Assembly (NCBI GenBank): GCA_963753595.1
Contig: CAVWCX010000004.1
Span: 27,929 to 91,928 of the forward strand
Direction of reading: 5' to 3'
Source: Candidatus Methanoperedenaceae archaeon
GTDB lineage: Archaea; Halobacteriota; Methanosarcinia; Methanosarcinales; Methanoperedenaceae
DNA length: 64,000 nucleotides
Shown: positions 1 through 11,039 of the stretch, one piece after another
Layout: each line of letters begins with the position of its first letter
Numbering within the stretch: the stretch's first letter is position 1
The notes under the pieces: generated by a model
Seen by the model: the letters and a program-made list of their open reading frames with translations, nothing else
Database searches by the model: none
What the model was told of the DNA's origin: nothing
Position numbers and translations under genes: made by a program

Positions 1-1
1 T

Positions 2-2419
2 ATAGGCAATGCTCTTAACTGGTGTTATATCGATTTTGTGGCGCGGTACAAAAGGATGCGCGGCTTTAATGTGATGTTCCCGGAAGGCTGGGACTGTCAT
101 GGTCTTCCCACTGAAGTGAAAGTGGAAGAAAAACACGGCATCACTAAAAGCCAGGTTTCAAGGGAAGAATTCCGGCGCATGTGCGTGGAACTGACCGAAA
201 CAAATATCGGGCGGATGAGAAAGAGCCTGCGCCGCCTTGGTTTTTCCATAGACTGGAGCAATGAATACATAACGATGGAGCCGGCTTATTTCGGCAAGAC
301 CCAGCGATCATTTGTGCAGATGTACCAGAGCGGCATGATATACCAGCAGAACCATCCTGTTAACTGGTGCCCGCGCTGCGAGACCGCAATTGCTTTTGCT
401 GAGGTGGAATATGATTCCCGGACAACCCTGTTGAATTATCTTAATTTTGATAAGCTGAAAATAGCAACAACAAGGCCTGAACTTCTGGCTGCATGCGTTG
501 CAGTTGCTGTTAATCCTGATGATGAAAGGTACCGGGAATTTGTGAATACAGAAGTAAAAGTGCCTGTTTTCGGTCATAATGTAAAGGTCATTTCTGATAA
601 GAGCGTTGACCCAACATTCGGTACGGGCGTTGTCATGATATGCACTTTCGGTGACAAGCAGGACGTCCGGTGGTGGGTTGAACATAAGCTCCCGCTTCGA
701 AAAGCGATCGACAAAACAGGAAAGATGACCGACCTTGCCGGAAAATTCGCCGGGATGAGCTCAGGGGAATGCAAGAAAGCCATAATCGAGGATATGAAGA
801 ATGCGGGGATACTATACAAACAGGAAGAACTTCCACAGAACGTGGGTCTGTGCTGGCGCTGCAAGACCGCGATCGAAATACTCTCCGAAAGACAGTGGTT
901 CGTGAAAATAATACATGATGATATCCTGAATACCGCTAACGAGGTCAAATGGATCCCGGATTACATGAAAGTAAGGCTTGAGAACTGGACAGGCACTATG
1001 GAATGGGACTGGTGCATTTCAAGGCAAAGGATATTTGCCACGCCCATACCGGCATGGTATTGTTCAGGATGCGGGAAGACAAAAGTAGCAAAAGAGGAAT
1101 GGCTTCCGCTTGATCCCACACAAACACAGCCGCCTGAATCCTGTGAATGCGGCGCAAATGAATTTAAGGGAGAACCTGATGTCCTTGACACATGGATGGA
1201 CTCCTCAATTTCTGCACTTCATGTATCTGGCTGGCTCAGCGATCATCCGCTGCTTTTGCCGGCACAGCTTCGCCCGCAGGGGTATGATATCATCCGTACA
1301 TGGTCTTTTTATACAATTTTAAGGGCCCATGCGCTTCTTAATAAAAGACCATGGGATACCATCCTGCTAAACGGCATGGTGCTTGGTGAGGACGGGCACA
1401 AGATGAGCAAATCCCGCAATAACTTCGTTATACCAGAAGAAGTTATCACAAAGCATGGCGCAGATGCGTTCAGGCAGTGGGCAGCTATTGGCGGAACGAC
1501 TGGTTCTGACATTATTTTCTCATGGAAAGATGTTGTCGCAGGCTCGCGCTTTTTGCAGAAATTATGGAGCATCGTGCGGTTCTCATTGCCGCATATTTCA
1601 GATAAACCTGCAAACCTCACACCCATAGACCTGTGGCTTCTTAGCAAATTGAACCGGCTTGTAAAAGAAACCACGGAAAAGATGGATGCTTACCAGTTCG
1701 ATGAAACTTTTAAAGCCATAAGAGGGTTTACATGGGATGTGCTTGCAGATAATTATATTGAGCTTGCAAAATCAAGACTTTATGGGGAAGGGGAAGGAAA
1801 AAATGCAGCGCAGTATACGCTGTATGTGGCTATTGAGACCATTTCACGGCTTTTGGCTCCGTTTTTGCCCTATTTTTCCGAAGAGATCTATTCACATATA
1901 AAAAAGGAAAGTGTGCATCTATCTCCATGGCCTGTGGTTTTTGAATCGCTTATCGATTCCGATGCTGAAGCAAGAGGTGAATTAATAAAAGAGATGACTT
2001 CTGCGATAAGGCGTTATAAAGCAGAACATGGTATGCCGTTAAATGCCCCGCTTAACGAAATTGAGATATATTCCACTATACCTGATGCATCCGATATCGC
2101 CGGCGCTGCCAATTCCGCGATCAAACTCAAACAGGGAGCGCCGGATTTTGAGCTTGTGCCAAAAGAGATAAAACCGAATATGAAGGTGCTTGGCAAAACC
2201 TACAGGAACAGGGCAAAATCAATTGCAGAGGCGCTTGTAAATGCTGATATGAACCTTGCAGGGTCCGGAAGTATTACACTGCAAGTAGATGGCGAGGAAA
2301 TTACTCTTGATGCATCATGTTTTACTCTTGAAAAGGAAAGGCTTTTTAAAGGGAAAGCAGTGGATGTTCTCGAAGTTGGAACTTCTACGATCGTAATTAT
2401 GCGTTCACAATCTTTATGA
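2..2419 (+). CDS. valS: Valine--tRNA ligase (5' end lies outside the window)
   Basis: The frame is open from base 2 (IGNALNW, the tail of a HIGH-type motif) and contains [26 protein letters not shown] and KMSKS. Confidence 0.95.
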   Translation: MGNALNWCYIDFVARYKRMRGFNVMFPEGWDCHGLPTEVKVEEKHGITKSQVSREEFRRMCVELTETNIGRMRKSLRRLGFSIDWSNEYITMEPAYFGKTQRSFVQMYQSGMIYQQNHPVNWCPRCETAIAFAEVEYDSRTTLLNYLNFDKLKIATTRPELLAACVAVAVNPDDERYREFVNTEVKVPVFGHNVKVISDKSVDPTFGTGVVMICTFGDKQDVRWWVEHKLPLRKAIDKTGKMTDLAGKFAGMSSGECKKAIIEDMKNAGILYKQEELPQNVGLCWRCKTAIEILSERQWFVKIIHDDILNTANEVKWIPDYMKVRLENWTGTMEWDWCISRQRIFATPIPAWYCSGCGKTKVAKEEWLPLDPTQTQPPESCECGANEFKGEPDVLDTWMDSSISALHVSGWLSDHPLLLPAQLRPQGYDIIRTWSFYTILRAHALLNKRPWDTILLNGMVLGEDGHKMSKSRNNFVIPEEVITKHGADAFRQWAAIGGTTGSDIIFSWKDVVAGSRFLQKLWSIVRFSLPHISDKPANLTPIDLWLLSKLNRLVKETTEKMDAYQFDETFKAIRGFTWDVLADNYIELAKSRLYGEGEGKNAAQYTLYVAIETISRLLAPFLPYFSEEIYSHIKKESVHLSPWPVVFESLIDSDAEARGELIKEMTSAIRRYKAEHGMPLNAPLNEIEIYSTIPDASDIAGAANSAIKLKQGAPDFELVPKEIKPNMKVLGKTYRNRAKSIAEALVNADMNLAGSGSITLQVDGEEITLDASCFTLEKERLFKGKAVDVLEVGTSTIVIMRSQSL

Positions 2420-2462
2420 ACTTAGGTTACACATTAAAGTTTTAATATCCTGGTGAATTATT

Positions 2463-2711
2463 ATGTCAAATCTAAAAATAGTTGTAAATAATAATCCAAA
2501 AATCTTTGGATCAATAATGTTCATTATCGGCGCCTTATCACTATCATGGGCACTAAAATTGTTATTAGAGGCTATGTCTCCACCTTATATGCTGAAGTAT
2601 TTAACACAGACATCATTATTGATATACATTGGATCACTCATTATCCTTTTATTGATATCTTATAAACTGTTATCTAAAAGTTATATTATATTGACCCCTT
2701 TCCTGAAATGA
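2463..2711 (+). CDS. Small hypothetical membrane protein, possibly a decayed longer gene
   Basis: Two hydrophobic segments in AT-rich sequence. A further TM-like stretch (LWVESIIMYSMLMIMFILIIIF) lies downstream of the stop, before the IS. Confidence 0.35.
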   Translation: MSNLKIVVNNNPKIFGSIMFIIGALSLSWALKLLLEAMSPPYMLKYLTQTSLLIYIGSLIILLLISYKLLSKSYIILTPFLK

Positions 2712-2857
2712 AATGATCAAAAACAAGGCGACGAGTTTTTCAGGACTACAAAGTCTTCCTGTTAAACCATGATGTATAGAAGTAGTACTATGGGTGGAAA
2801 GTATAATTATGTATTCAATGCTTATGATAATGTTTATATTGATTATTATATTTTAAT

Positions 2858-4308
2858 CCTTAACTCCGCCCAATTTGTGTAATATTTTTTAGAAAACTGT
2901 CAACACATACCGTAATCTTTATATATTTGTATTACGTATATACGTAATATTATGACTCATCCGGATTGGGTATTGAAACACAAAACAAAAGGGACAGAAA
3001 TAAGAAAACTCGGAAAGTACTATTATCTCTACAAAATCAGAAGCGAATATGACAAAGAAAAGAAACGGGCCAAAAAGATCACAGAAAAATTTCTTGGCAA
3101 AATAACAGAAGAAGGACTCATAAAACCAAAACATGAAAGGACAATAGAATCACGGAAAAATATTAGTGTAAAAGAGTTTGGAGCATCACGATTCATAGCT
3201 AATGAATCAAAAGATATCATCCAAAACCTGAAAGAAGTGTTTCCAGATATATGGAAGGAGATATTCACATTCGCAGCATTTCGTTTTTTCTCATCATCAC
3301 CACTAAAGAATGTTCAAAATCATTACCAGAGTTCTTACTTATCTGACATCATACCCGATGCAAAAGTATCTCCCAAGACACTTAGCAACATACTTCACGC
3401 AATAGGGCAGCAAAGAGATCTTATCAAGAAATTCCTGTCAAAATACATAGCACAAGATGAATGTATGGCGGTTGATCTCACACATGTTTTCTCTCTTTCA
3501 GAAAATGTGATATCAGCTACTTTAGGTCGAAATTCAGAAAAGGAACTACCTCCCGCAAATAAATCTTTTTTTGCTTTTTTCACTTGATCGAATGCAGCCG
3601 ATATTTTATAGACTTGTTCCCGGTTCGATAAGGGACGTTTCCAGTTTGCTTTTATCCATGGAAGAATCGAAGGTGAAGGACATTATTTTGGTGGGAGACA
3701 AGGGTTTCTATTCTGCAGACAATGCGAAAGAATTGGAAACAAAGAAAATAAGGTATATTTTACCTCTGAAAAGGAATAGTCAGTTCATCGATTACTCACC
3801 TCTAAAACAGGCCGGAAGAAAGCAGTTTGATGGTCATTTTCTTTTTGAGAACCGAGTGATTTGGCATTATGAACGTGTATTAGATGGGAAAAGGATAGTT
3901 ACATTCCTGGATAACTTTTTGAAAGTGGAAGAGGAACGTGATTTTTTAATAAGGGTGAATGAAGGAAAGCTCAAGATAGAAGAGTTTCATGAAAATGATA
4001 GTAAGTTTGGCACAATATCGATAATTACAGGATTGGATTTGTCCCCACAGAAAATTTTCGAGTTGCTGAAAAGCCGTGTTGAGATCGAGGTTACTTTTGA
4101 CACATTTAAAAATGTGTTGAATGCAGATCGCAGTTATATGAGAGATGATTCCGCAATGGAAGGATGGATGTTTGTGAATTTTGTCGCTCTACTTCTTTAT
4201 TATAAGGTTTATGGATTGCTACTTTCCAGGGATATTTTAAGCAGATGTTCACCAAAAGATGTTATTCTACATCTATCAAGAGTGTTCAATTCATATAGAT
4301 TTAAATAA
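2858..4308 (+). mobile_element. Decayed IS element, IS1634-like (IS4 superfamily DDE)
   Basis: Transposase in two frames. The presumed left end is CCTTAACTCCGCC at 2858; no matching right IR was seen. Confidence 0.75.
2952..4308 (+). pseudogene. Frameshifted, probably C-terminally truncated DDE transposase
   Basis: ORFs 2952-3587 and 3571-4308 join by removing one base near 3545 (...NSEKE/YLPQINLFLLFSLDR...). Motifs: AVDLTH, GDKGFYS, RVEIEVTFDTFKN. Confidence 0.85.
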
Positions 4309-4411
4309 CTTGAAATCTTGATAGATAATTCCTGAAAGAGATTATGAAAAAAAAATTATTAATCAAATGATAATTAAACAATTAAATAAATATAATCTGG
4401 GGTGATTTAAC

Positions 4412-5350
4412 ACGAGAGTTGCTGTAATAGGTGGTGGCGCCATGGGGCAGCACCATATAAGAATATACAGGGAAATGAAAGACGTAGAACTTGTGGGGAT
4501 ATGTGATACAGACATGAACAGGGCTGTTTCACTGGCTAAGGCAAATAATACCACACCATATTTTGACCACAATGAATTGTTAAAACAGGACCTTGATGCA
4601 GTAAGCGTGGTAGTGCCAACGACTTTTCATTCAAAGGTTGCGCTTGATGTTATTAATTCGGGAATTCATTTGCTGGTCGAAAAACCTATTGCTGATACCC
4701 TTGAAAATGCTGATACAATGATAAATGCCGCACGTGATGCAAAGGTAAAGCTGATGGTAGGACACATCGAAAGATTTAATCCCGCGGTCTCAAAACTAAA
4801 AGAGATCGTAGATTCCGGTATGCTCGGCAAGATAGTGTCCATTTCTTCAAGACGGGTCGGGCCATTCAATCCCCGAATACGTGATGTTGGGATAATAATG
4901 GATCTTGGTGTACATGATATTGATGTTATTTCATATCTTTACGGCCGAAAGATCAATGAAGTTTATACGATAGCAGGCAAAGATATTCATTCATTCGAAG
5001 ACCATGCATCAATCCTTTTAAGATGCGATACAAATCTTTCGGGAATGGTAGAAACAAACTGGTTGACACCCCATAAAATACGGAATCTTACTGCAATAGG
5101 ATTACAGGGTGTTGCATATCTTGATTATATTAAACAGACAGTGGAATTGCATGATGAATCCTGGGTACGCACGGCCAAGGTTGAACCAAAAGAGCCTTTA
5201 AAGAATGAACTGGAGCATTTCATAAAATCCATTAGGGATAACACAGCTGTAATTTCCAATGGGGAAACAAGCAGGCATGCCCTTGAGGTAGCAATGGCTG
5301 CAATTGAATCATATCAACAAAAGAAGGCAATAGGAATAGCTAAAAAATAA
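4412..5350 (+). CDS. Gfo/Idh/MocA oxidoreductase (UDP-N-acetylhexosamine 3-dehydrogenase-like)
   Basis: EKP, GHIERFNP and DLGVHDID motifs. The Rossmann segment RVAVIGGGAMG begins upstream of the ATG at 4442, at an ACG (4412) that follows a GGGGTGA RBS. Confidence 0.85.
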   Translation, partial: TRVAVIGGGAMGQHHIRIYREMKDVELVGICDTDMNRAVSLAKANNTTPYFDHNELLKQDLDAVSVVVPTTFHSKVALDVINSGIHLLVEKPIADTLENADTMINAARDAKVKLMVGHIERFNPAVSKLKEIVDSGMLGKIVSISSRRVGPFNPRIRDVGIIMDLGVHDIDVISYLYGRKINEVYTIAGKDIHSFEDHASILLRCDTNLSGMVETNWLTPHKIRNLTAIGLQGVAYLDYIKQTVELHDESWVRTAKVEPKEPLKNELEHFIKSIRDNTAVISNGETSRHALEVAMAAIESYQQKKAIGIAKK

Positions 5351-5379
5351 ATTTTTATATATATACAAAATATAAAAAT

Positions 5380-6807
5380 TTATTTATTGCATATTTCGTG
5401 ATAGTTCTTATCTCCCCTGCCAATCCCTTTATACACAAATCCTTCCTTGATGAAAGCATCCGGGTCGATCACATTTCTACCATCGATTATGACAGGATGC
5501 TTATGCCCTGATAATTTCTTTATGGCACTTGCTTTAAGATTTAAATATTGTTTATGTCCTGTAAAAAGAACTATCGCATCTGCTCCTTTAATACTCTCTT
5601 CAATGTCCTGGAAAATTTCAAGGCTGCCATCCCGGGACACATAAGGATCGTGTATAGTAACTTTGGCGCCATCTTTTTCCACCATATCTAAATATGGTTC
5701 AGAAGGCGTGTTTCTCGTATCGTCAGAGTTATTGATAAAAGCCCAGCCAAGTAATGCTATTTTTGAACCTTTGATTTTCTTCCCTATACCTGTTAATCCC
5801 TCATTTGTAAGATTATACATATGCTGGGGCATGAAATCATTTATTTTTCGTGCAAGGACATAAAGGGACTCTGAATCCGCAGGGTAATCCAGTTTTGAAC
5901 CTGATATTTTAACTCCTCTTTCAAGATGATAAGTATCTTTTGTTAAACAATGCCCTCCGACACCTGCGCCCGGGTAGAGGATGGCTCTTGTTATTCCATC
6001 GCCTTTTAGGCTGTCAATACCTGTCCTTACATCATAGACATTTATTCTCATAGCTTCGCAATAAAGAGCTAATTCATTGATGGCAGCGATTTGTAAATCC
6101 CTGAATGTATTCTCAGCAGTCTTTGTTACCTCGGCTGCAGTTGAATCCATGGCTATTATTTTGCCTTTGGTGAGGACGGGGGTATAAAGTTCAACTGCGC
6201 GGTCTGTACTTTCCTTATTTATCCCGCCAACTATCCTGTCGTGTTCCTGGATATTGCGTATCAGCCTTCCAACCATCACTCTTTCAGGAGCATGGGCAAG
6301 CGCGAAGTCTTCACCAGGTATAAGACCGGATTCTTCCTTCAGGATATCTGCGGCAAAATTTTTGGTAGTTCCAGGTGTTATCGTTGACTCAAGTACTACA
6401 AGAATTCCCTCGTTGAGGTACTTTCCGATCTGGCGGATTCCTTCTTCCAGCGCGCCAAAATCAGGTTCAAGCTCCCCCTTATCCTTAAATGGTGTCTGGA
6501 TGGCAAGTGTGACTGCATCCACGTCTTTAATTTTTGAAAAATCAGATGTGCTTTCAAATTTACCCTGTGAACGGACTTTTTTGATCAGTTCCTCAAGTCC
6601 GGGTTCTTCTCCTTTAAGCGGGCTTATTCCATTATTTAGCATTTCGATTTTATAACCTGAACTCTGGGATGCTCTCTGGAAACCCCATACAAAATCAAAC
6701 TTTTCTGCAAATAGAACCGCTGATGGGATCCCCACATAGCCCATTCCGATCACGCCAACTTTGCGGATATGGCCTTTTTTTCTTAATATTTGTCCGAGAT
6801 TACTCAT
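5380..6807 (-). CDS. Nucleotide-sugar dehydrogenase (UDP-ManNAc/UDP-GlcNAc dehydrogenase family)
   Basis: GMGYVG, ESTITPGTT, APERV, KTAENTFRD, GVGGHCL and DGRNV motifs. Confidence 0.9.
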   Translation of the reverse strand: MSNLGQILRKKGHIRKVGVIGMGYVGIPSAVLFAEKFDFVWGFQRASQSSGYKIEMLNNGISPLKGEEPGLEELIKKVRSQGKFESTSDFSKIKDVDAVTLAIQTPFKDKGELEPDFGALEEGIRQIGKYLNEGILVVLESTITPGTTKNFAADILKEESGLIPGEDFALAHAPERVMVGRLIRNIQEHDRIVGGINKESTDRAVELYTPVLTKGKIIAMDSTAAEVTKTAENTFRDLQIAAINELALYCEAMRINVYDVRTGIDSLKGDGITRAILYPGAGVGGHCLTKDTYHLERGVKISGSKLDYPADSESLYVLARKINDFMPQHMYNLTNEGLTGIGKKIKGSKIALLGWAFINNSDDTRNTPSEPYLDMVEKDGAKVTIHDPYVSRDGSLEIFQDIEESIKGADAIVLFTGHKQYLNLKASAIKKLSGHKHPVIIDGRNVIDPDAFIKEGFVYKGIGRGDKNYHEICNK

Positions 6808-6985
6808 AGTATCGTTGAATTGATCGTTCTAATATTAAATTTTAGTATCGCATTATAATTAATATAGGGTAAATATGGGCTAAAAGCGTTATCAAGAAGG
6901 TTTTTCTAATTATTTTCCACTTGAAATGAGCATAAAACCAAAATGGAAAGATGTTACTCAGCCTAAAGGCTAATATATTTGTAGG

Positions 6986-7711
6986 ATGATTATCGTTATT
7001 ATGATTGACAGTTTATTTTTATATGGGATAGAAGAATCTGTTGGAATTCATATAATCCTATCAAATCTCTTCTGGTGGACATCGTTAATTCTGGTCGTTA
7101 CAGCATACAAGAACCGGCGTATCTGGAATGTGGGTGAAATGCCATGGACATTCCTGTTCCTGACATTTTTATTTTTCGGGATACGTGAATTGGGACATTT
7201 TTCCAAAACACCTTTTTTAGACTCAATAAGATATATTTTTGGCATAGGCTCTGCAATATTCCTGACATCCGCATTAATTTTCATATATATGAAATTATAC
7301 AAAAGAAAAATTGCATCTAAATCTATGAGTTTTATTCCGTTCATATTTGCCCTTATATTTCCGATCCTTTTAATTTACCTGTATTTTTCCGGAATGAAAA
7401 CCGAAACTATAAAAAATATTTTTTTTAACCTGGAAAATATTATTTGGATATTAGGGGGCTCAATAATAGTATATACAACTTATATGCTTGGAACTAAATC
7501 AACTGGAGATTTTGTTAACGTTTTTATGTTTTTCCAATTCGCAGCTATTTTTGCCATTTTATGGAAATTCCTTGGTTTAATAGGCAGCATCAGTTGCCCC
7601 ATTCCATATTCAATCCGTGAATTCATGGAAACATTATTTGGAGTATGTGCAATAATCGCAGTGTATATCCTTGAAAGAATGTTAAGAAAATTATCCATAC
7701 ACATTTCATAA
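6986..7711 (+). CDS. Hypothetical polytopic (about 7 TM) membrane protein
   Basis: Seven or so hydrophobic segments; ends 5 bp before the roadblock gene. Confidence 0.7.
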   Translation: MIIVIMIDSLFLYGIEESVGIHIILSNLFWWTSLILVVTAYKNRRIWNVGEMPWTFLFLTFLFFGIRELGHFSKTPFLDSIRYIFGIGSAIFLTSALIFIYMKLYKRKIASKSMSFIPFIFALIFPILLIYLYFSGMKTETIKNIFFNLENIIWILGGSIIVYTTYMLGTKSTGDFVNVFMFFQFAAIFAILWKFLGLIGSISCPIPYSIREFMETLFGVCAIIAVYILERMLRKLSIHIS

Positions 7712-7716
7712 CGAAA

Positions 7717-8082
7717 ATGACTACAAAAGCGGAATTATATTTACAAACACTTTCGGAATTGGAAAATTCCACTGGAGATATTATCTCTACAGCTATTGTA
7801 ACGCTTGACGGGCTTATTATGGCAAGCACAAGATCGGATACCATGCACAGGGAAATATTTGCAGCTTATGGAGCGGCTGCATTCAAACGTGCAGGTGAAA
7901 CCATGGAAGAACTGACTGGTGAAAATATTGATGTGTTAATATATGAGTCAAAAAACCACATGGCTGTGACCGTTCGGGCAGGAAAGCAAGCACTATTGAT
8001 AGTCCTTACCGGAAAGAATGTCCAGATGGGGCTTGTGCTGATGAATGCCCAGAAGACTGCTATGAAGATAATAGAAATATAA
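7717..8082 (+). CDS. Roadblock/LC7 (MglB-like) domain protein
   Basis: 121 aa with AIVTLDGLIMAS and the C-terminal LIVL...QMGLV pattern typical of the roadblock fold. Confidence 0.85.
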   Translation: MTTKAELYLQTLSELENSTGDIISTAIVTLDGLIMASTRSDTMHREIFAAYGAAAFKRAGETMEELTGENIDVLIYESKNHMAVTVRAGKQALLIVLTGKNVQMGLVLMNAQKTAMKIIEI

Positions 8083-8134
8083 GTTAACATTGCCGAACAC
8101 AACTAAGAGCAAAAAATGGTTATTAATCAATCAT

Positions 8135-8512
8135 TTATTCACTTGAGCTTTTTTTTCTTAATTTCATCAATATTTTATGCCACTCAAGCAAAAATAATAC
8201 TAATCCAGTAAGTGCAACTAACTCAAGCAGTTCATAAGTTACAAAATCCGGCGCTTCTTCCTCAAGGCCTTCAAGAAATTCATGTATCAACATAAAAAAA
8301 CCGGCAATGAAAATAAAAATTGTACTTCGGTTAAAACTTTGTTTTTGTGAGATTACTTCATTTGAATTCGGATTCTCCTTATTTAAGAATTTCCAGTTCA
8401 ACGCTATCTGGATACCCAAATAGATCACTATCATTGAAAGTATTGCTATAATACCTTCAATAATCTTATACAGAAAATAATCACTGATGAGATTGCCGAA
8501 CCAATAATCCAT
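8135..8512 (-). CDS. Hypothetical 3-TM membrane protein
   Basis: Three hydrophobic helices; convergent with the roadblock gene. Confidence 0.65.
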   Translation of the reverse strand: MDYWFGNLISDYFLYKIIEGIIAILSMIVIYLGIQIALNWKFLNKENPNSNEVISQKQSFNRSTIFIFIAGFFMLIHEFLEGLEEEAPDFVTYELLELVALTGLVLFLLEWHKILMKLRKKSSSE

Positions 8513-9756
8513 GTTAAAGTAATGATTTTTGCCCTATAATAATTTTTCCATATTATTATTAGAATTTCATCATAAACAGGTTAAAATAAAAAAGAAGTAA
8601 AGACCCTGGGTCCTACTTCTTGAAAAGATTACTGATTTTATCGCTCAATACTTCAAATTTCTGTTTCAACAATTCAAGGCTCAACAAACCTTTTGAGGTA
8701 AGAACATATATGATCACAGCGCCGATCACGGTAGCTATTGCAGCGATCAAAAGGTAATTTATTGGTTTTTTCTGTACCACCAATAAATTGCTCTGTCCCA
8801 TGATCTCAACTGTAACATTTGAGACTGCTGCTTCCTGCCTTGTAAAATTGATCTCCACTTTTTCCCCCGGCGTTAATGTGATCGTCCTATTATCGACAAC
8901 AGTACCGTTAATTATAAGGTCAACAGGAAGTGTATCTGACTTCGTGCCCGAATTGGTGATATTGGATCTGACCACGAAATTATCACCTGTAAAGACAGGA
9001 TTGGGGGTGACATTGATATCAAGCGCCTTGAATTCCGAATATGGGGCTCTTATATCTATATCTCTTGAAACAGGAATATACGATGTCTTAGATGCTGTTA
9101 TCGAATGAGTCCCGCTTGTTTCCAGCCTGTAGCTTACTTCACCATTGCTATCTGTTGTGCCGACGCTGGTATTGTCAAACAGGACTGCAGCGCCGCTCAT
9201 CGCTGTATTGTTCCATGAAACATTTATTTTTATGGTTTCATACTGGTTTGCCTTTGAAGGCATTTCAATACTCAGCCTGTAATCCACGTATTTTTCTATA
9301 TCGATGTTCAATGTTGCTTTCTCATACCCTGTCTTTGTTGCTGTAATGGTATATGTGCCGGCTTTTAAGGTTTTCGGGATGGTATAATTGACCTCTCCAT
9401 CTTTATTAGTCGTTCCCATGTCGGTATCTAATGTAAGGGATGAGTTATCAACAGCTTTTCCTCCTGCTGTTACTTTGACTTTGAGTGTATCCCCGGCCAT
9501 TACTTTTTTGGGTGCTCCTATCACAAGCTGGTTTACTATCATATCATCTGTTACATCAACAGCAAAGTGGAATCTCAACGTACTGCTATTATCCGCAACT
9601 TTCATCCTGATATTTCCCATCAGGACTTCATTCTTATTGGAGTCAAGACCGATATCGCCACTGTTTTCCATCTCAATCTTATCTTTATTTACCGCTGTGA
9701 CTTCCATCCTGCCATATTTGTCCCCGACCTTGACTGTTGTTGCATTCTCAGATAAC

Positions 9757-10175
9757 TGGAATATCCCTTTTATGAAGGCCGACTGAAATTCCTGGCCCGA
9801 GAACACATTGTCAAATCTAACCAGGATTAATGGAAGATCATCAACATTCCCTACTCTCTTTTTATAAACATAGGTCTCATCTTTTGAAAGCGGTGTGGAA
9901 TCCACTTCTGTGCCATCTTTCAATAACCTCAGGAACATTGTTCTTGCATTGAGATCTATATCTGATGCCTGCAGAACATAACCCTCCTGCAGGGCTAATG
10001 TGCCACCAACTGCTATTGTGCGTTTGGTATCATCGTCTATAACTATTTTATGAAGCTCACCCTGCGCAATTGCGCTTATATCATCAAAACTGTTTGTCGG
10101 ATCACTAATAGTATGACCTTTAAAACCGGCAAAGTATTTGTCAGCCATGAATCCAACGACCTGGTATTTTCCCCA
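9757..10175. repeat. Intragenic direct repeat, copy 1 (S-layer domain)
   Basis: About 420 bp, highly similar at nucleotide level to 10621-11039 (offset 864 bp). Confidence 0.9.
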
Positions 10176-10620
10176 CGATTTATGAACGAAATTAACCTGA
10201 TCCGGCGCAGTTGAGTAGATGAGTTTGTTTTCTGGAATTACTCTCCCATTTCGCTGGGTCATTGTGAGTTTTTCATTTCCCAAACCATCATCCAGATTGT
10301 AATAGAATCCTAAGCTTGTTTTTCCAACGTTCATTCCGAAATTGTAAGGTGTCCATTCGGTAATGGGGATTGCATCAGTTTCCCTGAAAACAGTACTTCT
10401 AACCTCAATACCTCCTTTTCTATCCACTGATAGTGCAAATCGAAGGACATCATTATCTGCCACAATAATTTTGAGGTCTCCCATAAGATCTATAATGCCT
10501 CCTTTGTTCAGGCCTATATCGTTACGGTTTTGCATCTCAATCCTATCTTTATTTACCGCTGTGACCTCCATGTTCCCGAATTGATTTCCGCTCTTTACCT
10601 GGGTAATGTCCTCGGATATC

Positions 10621-11039
10621 TGGAATATCCCTTTTATGAAGGCCGACTGAAATTCCTGGCCCGAGAACACATTATCAAATCTGACCAGGATTAATGGAAG
10701 ATCATCAGTATTCCCTACTCTCTTTTTATAGACATAAGTCTCATCTTTTGAAAGCGGTGTGGAATCCACTTCCGTGCCATCTTTCAATAATCTCAGGAAC
10801 ATTGTTCTTGCATTGAGGTCTATATCTGATGCCTGCAGAACATAACCCTCCTTCAGGGCAAAAGTGCCCCCTACCGCTATAGTGCGCTTGGTATCATCAT
10901 CAAAAATTACTTTATGAAGCTCACCCTGCGCAATTGCGCTTACATCATCAAAACTGTTTGTCGGATCACTAATAGTATGACCTTTAAAACCGGCAAAGTA
11001 TTTGTCAGCCATGAATCCAACGACCTGGTATTTCCCCCA
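10621..11039. repeat. Intragenic direct repeat, copy 2 (S-layer domain)
   Basis: Matches 9757-10175, including long identical runs. Confidence 0.9.

Noticed and set aside
8613-8790. S-layer protein as a substrate of the ArtA in this window
   Set aside because: No PGF motif precedes the C-terminal TM helix.
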